Positions 60,651 to 64,000 of a DNA stretch of 64,000 nt are shown here, piece after piece. The position numbers and the translations under genes were made by a program. The first letter of the stretch is position 1, and every line of letters starts with the position of its first letter. This DNA comes from Leucoraja erinacea. Its lineage: Eukaryota. The stretch is from contig NC_073379.1 in NCBI RefSeq assembly GCF_028641065.1, forward strand, positions 39,990,001-40,054,000. The letters are read 5' to 3'. The notes beneath the pieces were generated by a model. It did no database searches. It saw only the letters and a list, made by a program, of their open reading frames with translations, and was not told where the DNA came from.

Positions 60651-61911
60651 ATGTAAACCCTGGATCAGAGTCCAATGTAGGTTACGGGAGCTGGTGTCAA
60701 ATATAATCGTATTCACTGTTAACTTATGTTTCACTTTAATATTATTAACCCCCACAACACCCCCTGTAGTCCTTGGTGTTTACCTGAGGGATCACTGAGC
60801 CCAGTTCCTGAGGAACATCTAGTCCTGTCATCCAATGTGGCCAATGTTGGTGCTGGCAATGTTACTTATACCTGTAAAAAAAACGACACAGAGTGCCGGA
60901 ATAACTCAGTGGATCAGGCAGCATCATGAAGGACATGGATAGGCGACACTTCGGATTGGGACCAGACTCGCACTTGTGGTTTCCTGAAGCCCAACTAAAC
61001 ATTTTAAAACCCAGCAGATGAGAAAATAGTGCACCTCTCTGTAGAAATTAAGGAAACAAACAGATGAGGTGTTTGAACATAACTGGCTGTGGAGGGAACT
61101 CTGAGGCTGTGGCAACAATGAGTCAGTACAGGAACATGGGGCCAAGTGGTCTCCTGATCTATGAATATTGATCAGCCTCTATAGCTAAGTTGAGCCCTAA
61201 GGGATTTTTCTAGATTTTTTTTTTCCTTTTCCATCTCTATGCATTAGAAATGAAAAAAAAATCACATTTCGAGATGGTAAAATGCCAATTGTTTATTTGG
61301 TTTATCTATAAAGCAGAATTCTGCAACACATTGAACACTGTATAGCCCTTTGCATCCGAGCTAGCTTTTTCAAAGCTTGATCCATTTAGTCTATCTTCCT
61401 CTGTTCTCTCCTTACAGCCCTCCACTTCCCCACCCTTCAAGTATAAATTTAATTTCCTTTTAAAAATCGAATCCGTCTTTTCAGGCAGCATTTTTTTTAG
61501 ATCAAAACAAATCGCTGTGCAAAAACATTTCTCATCATTTCCCTTCCCACCCCACCCCACCCCCTCCACCCTTCAAAGCTTGCCAATTATTTTAAGTCAC
61601 CAATATTTTGTTACATTTAATATATTTTCCTCCATACATAATTAACATTTCAAGCTGATAGTTTTAAAGGTGTTGTTTTAAGCAAATAAAACATAGAAGA
61701 AACATTCCCTGCTATCCACTATTGTTGGCTCTTAAAGGAAGAAAACCTTAAGAATAATGTGATTCTGTTAAAATCCTAAAATTGCTTTCCTTCTGAATAT
61801 TTTCTGGCCGCAAATACAGCAGACTCTTGGTCTTCTGAATCAGGTTTTGAGTTCAAATCAAGTACATGGCTAAGAAAGGTTTAGAGGGATATGGGTGAAA
61901 CACTTACAAAA

Positions 61912-62085
61912 TAGAGATAGAGCTTGGGAACAGGCCCTTCAGCCCACCGTGTCTGTGCCGACCAGCGATCTCCTCACACTGTCCTACACACTAGTGACAA
62001 TTTACAATTTTTACCAAAGCCAGTTGACCTCCAAACCAATACTTATTCAGAATGTGGGAGGAAACCGGAGAAAAACCCACGCAGT
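61912..62085 (-). mobile_element. HE1-like SINE fragment
   Basis: GGAACAGGCCCTTCAGCCCACC..TGTGGGAGGAAACCGGAG homologous to the other copies. Confidence 0.75.
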
Positions 62086-63574
62086 TGGCTAGCTGAGTTG
62101 GGCATCTTGGTCAGCATGGATGAGTTGAGCTTTGGGACCTGTTTCCATGTTTTATAGACTATCAATACTTGTCTCTGGAACCGTTGTGCTACAAACAGGA
62201 GAGCTATATTCTGCACTCTGTGTACTTTTCCTTTGCTCTAGCTATTGTACTTGATTTTGACTTGATTGTATCTATGTGCAGTATTATCTGATTTGAATGG
62301 ATAGCATGGAAACCAAAGCTTCTCACTGTACCTCTGTACACGTGACAATAATTAAACCTCAACCTATCCATGTTGACAACTCAGTACATGCTATTGCTCT
62401 GACAAGGGTACCACATCACATTTGTTTAAAACATAGAATGAGTCTGTTGAACCTCTGGCAGCTCTAAGAGCATTCCCATACCTCCCCTTTCCTCGCTTAA
62501 TTCCCTGTAACCAAACCAGCACTTTGGGTTGTGGGAGGAAAGTGGAGCGCCCAGGTCACATGGTCACAGGGAAAATGTGCAAACTCCACAAAGGCAGAAA
62601 CAAAGTTCAGGGTCAAAGCCAGGTTGCTTGCACTGTCAGTTAAAATATGAAAAAGGAGGCCTTATCTCACCACTCATGTTGATGCGCACACCCCAATACC
62701 CAATATTTTCAAGACTGAAATCTCATTGTCTGTAGTTAGCTCTCAGCCAACTTCATAGACAACAATAGATTATTATGGTTACCACAATCGTGTTTGTGAG
62801 ACAAAGCTGCTTGCCAAACGCTGCTATATTTTCCAAATTTCAGCAATGAATGCACTTCAGAAGAGTTCCATTGGCAGTTAAGCACTTTGACTTGTTCTCA
62901 AAAGATAATCAGCAGATGGTGAAAATTCTCAGCAGCTCAGACAACATCACTAGACAGAGAAACACAGTTAAAATAACAGTGCACTTCCACCTGGGTTTGG
63001 ACATATTTGACAGAAGACTTTATTTTTTTGCAAATGGCTAAAGGAAAAAAATCTTATAAATTGCCTTTGTAAACCTCGGGAATATTACAACCACGCAGCC
63101 AAAGATTAGTGATTCATGAGCCAGCCATCACTAGAATGATGACAACTTATTTTAAATGTGATACAGATGAATAAACTGCGTCACTGGCCGGTAATCATGA
63201 ATGTGCACATACATTGGCTTAAGTGGTCTTTGGAGTAAATTAACTGCTACTGTTTACTCCAGTCAGGAAATGCACCATAATTCTGTCAACGATACAATAA
63301 GATCAGAACACCAAGATTGTAACTTGCTGCTTCCTGAAAGATAGAGAAAATATGTAATTATTTTTAATTGTATCGTTCAAAATGGTGTATGTGGCCATTT
63401 TCTTTCCCCCACCTTTACTTTCTCACCTGAATTTTTTTTCTACCATCTGCATCCTGTCGTCATTTCAAAAGCAAGCGTATTTTGGCTTCAGTCCAAAAAA
63501 AAAACACACTATTATAAAGTAACTATTTTTCTCAGTGAATGAATTTCTGTTGCAACATCTCTCAGTCCTTTGAA

Positions 63575-63800
63575 CATTGAACATAGAACATAGAATAATA
63601 CAGCAGGGGAACAGGCCATTTGGCCCTCAATGTCTGTGCCATACATGATGTCAAGCCAAACTCATTTCCATGTGGTCCATATCTCTCCCTTCCCTACGTA
63701 TCTATGTGCCAATCCATAAGGGCCTTAAAGGCGGCTATCATAACTACTTCCACCACCACCCTCCACAGTGCATTCCAGACACCCACCATCCTCTGTAGAA
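63575..63800 (-). mobile_element. CR1 3' end fragment
   Basis: (ACATAGA) tail, AACAGGCCATTTGGCCC, CATTCCAGACACCCACC. Confidence 0.6.
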
Positions 63801-64000
63801 GACTCCCACAGGGCACCGTGCCCTATGGAGAAGCTGGCACAGTGTGTGGTCGAGGTCCTTGGGGTTGGAGCCTCGCGGTCGGGTCGAAGCCAAATTGGGC
63901 CGAGCCAGATCCCTGAGGACGGGATCTCCGAGTCTGGCCGAGGACGATTCGAGTCCGAGTCGGAGCCCCAACATCGATTGGGGCATCGAGGTTGGGCCAG

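Noticed and set aside
31826-64000. Further TRPM3 exons (AQKSWIERAF...) and miR-204 (TTCCCTTTGTCATCCTATGCCT)
   Set aside because: Not seen by eye or in the ORF track; consistent with a very long intron, though short exons could be missed

Overview
Vertebrate genomic DNA, very likely from a cartilaginous fish (skate/ray-like, judged from HE1-type V-SINEs and the CR1/Penelope/DIRS repertoire). The window is mostly intronic and transposon-rich. The only host coding sequence I can support is a 90-nt phase-0 exon at 31736-31825 ([30 protein letters not shown]|gt). It matches the alternative first coding exon ('exon 2', beta-type isoforms) of TRPM3 and lies in a CpG-rich region; no other TRPM3 exon was seen. 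The rest is nested mobile DNA: two young CR1 LINE families, two DIRS tyrosine-recombinase retroelements (one with full ITR/ICR termini), a rearranged BEL/Pao LTR element, Penelope-like elements, L2, Rex1/Babar, RTE, SINEs and two non-autonomous DNA transposons. There are two assembly gaps. Most worth following up: palindromic Penelope-derived mini-elements with hammerhead-ribozyme cores on both strands, a 78-nt near-perfect fold-back hairpin inside a DIRS element, an AUGA-overlapping uORF on the TRPM3 start, and a paired M-box/OTX motif cluster in unique intronic DNA. All calls were made by eye without database searches, and repeat boundaries are approximate.
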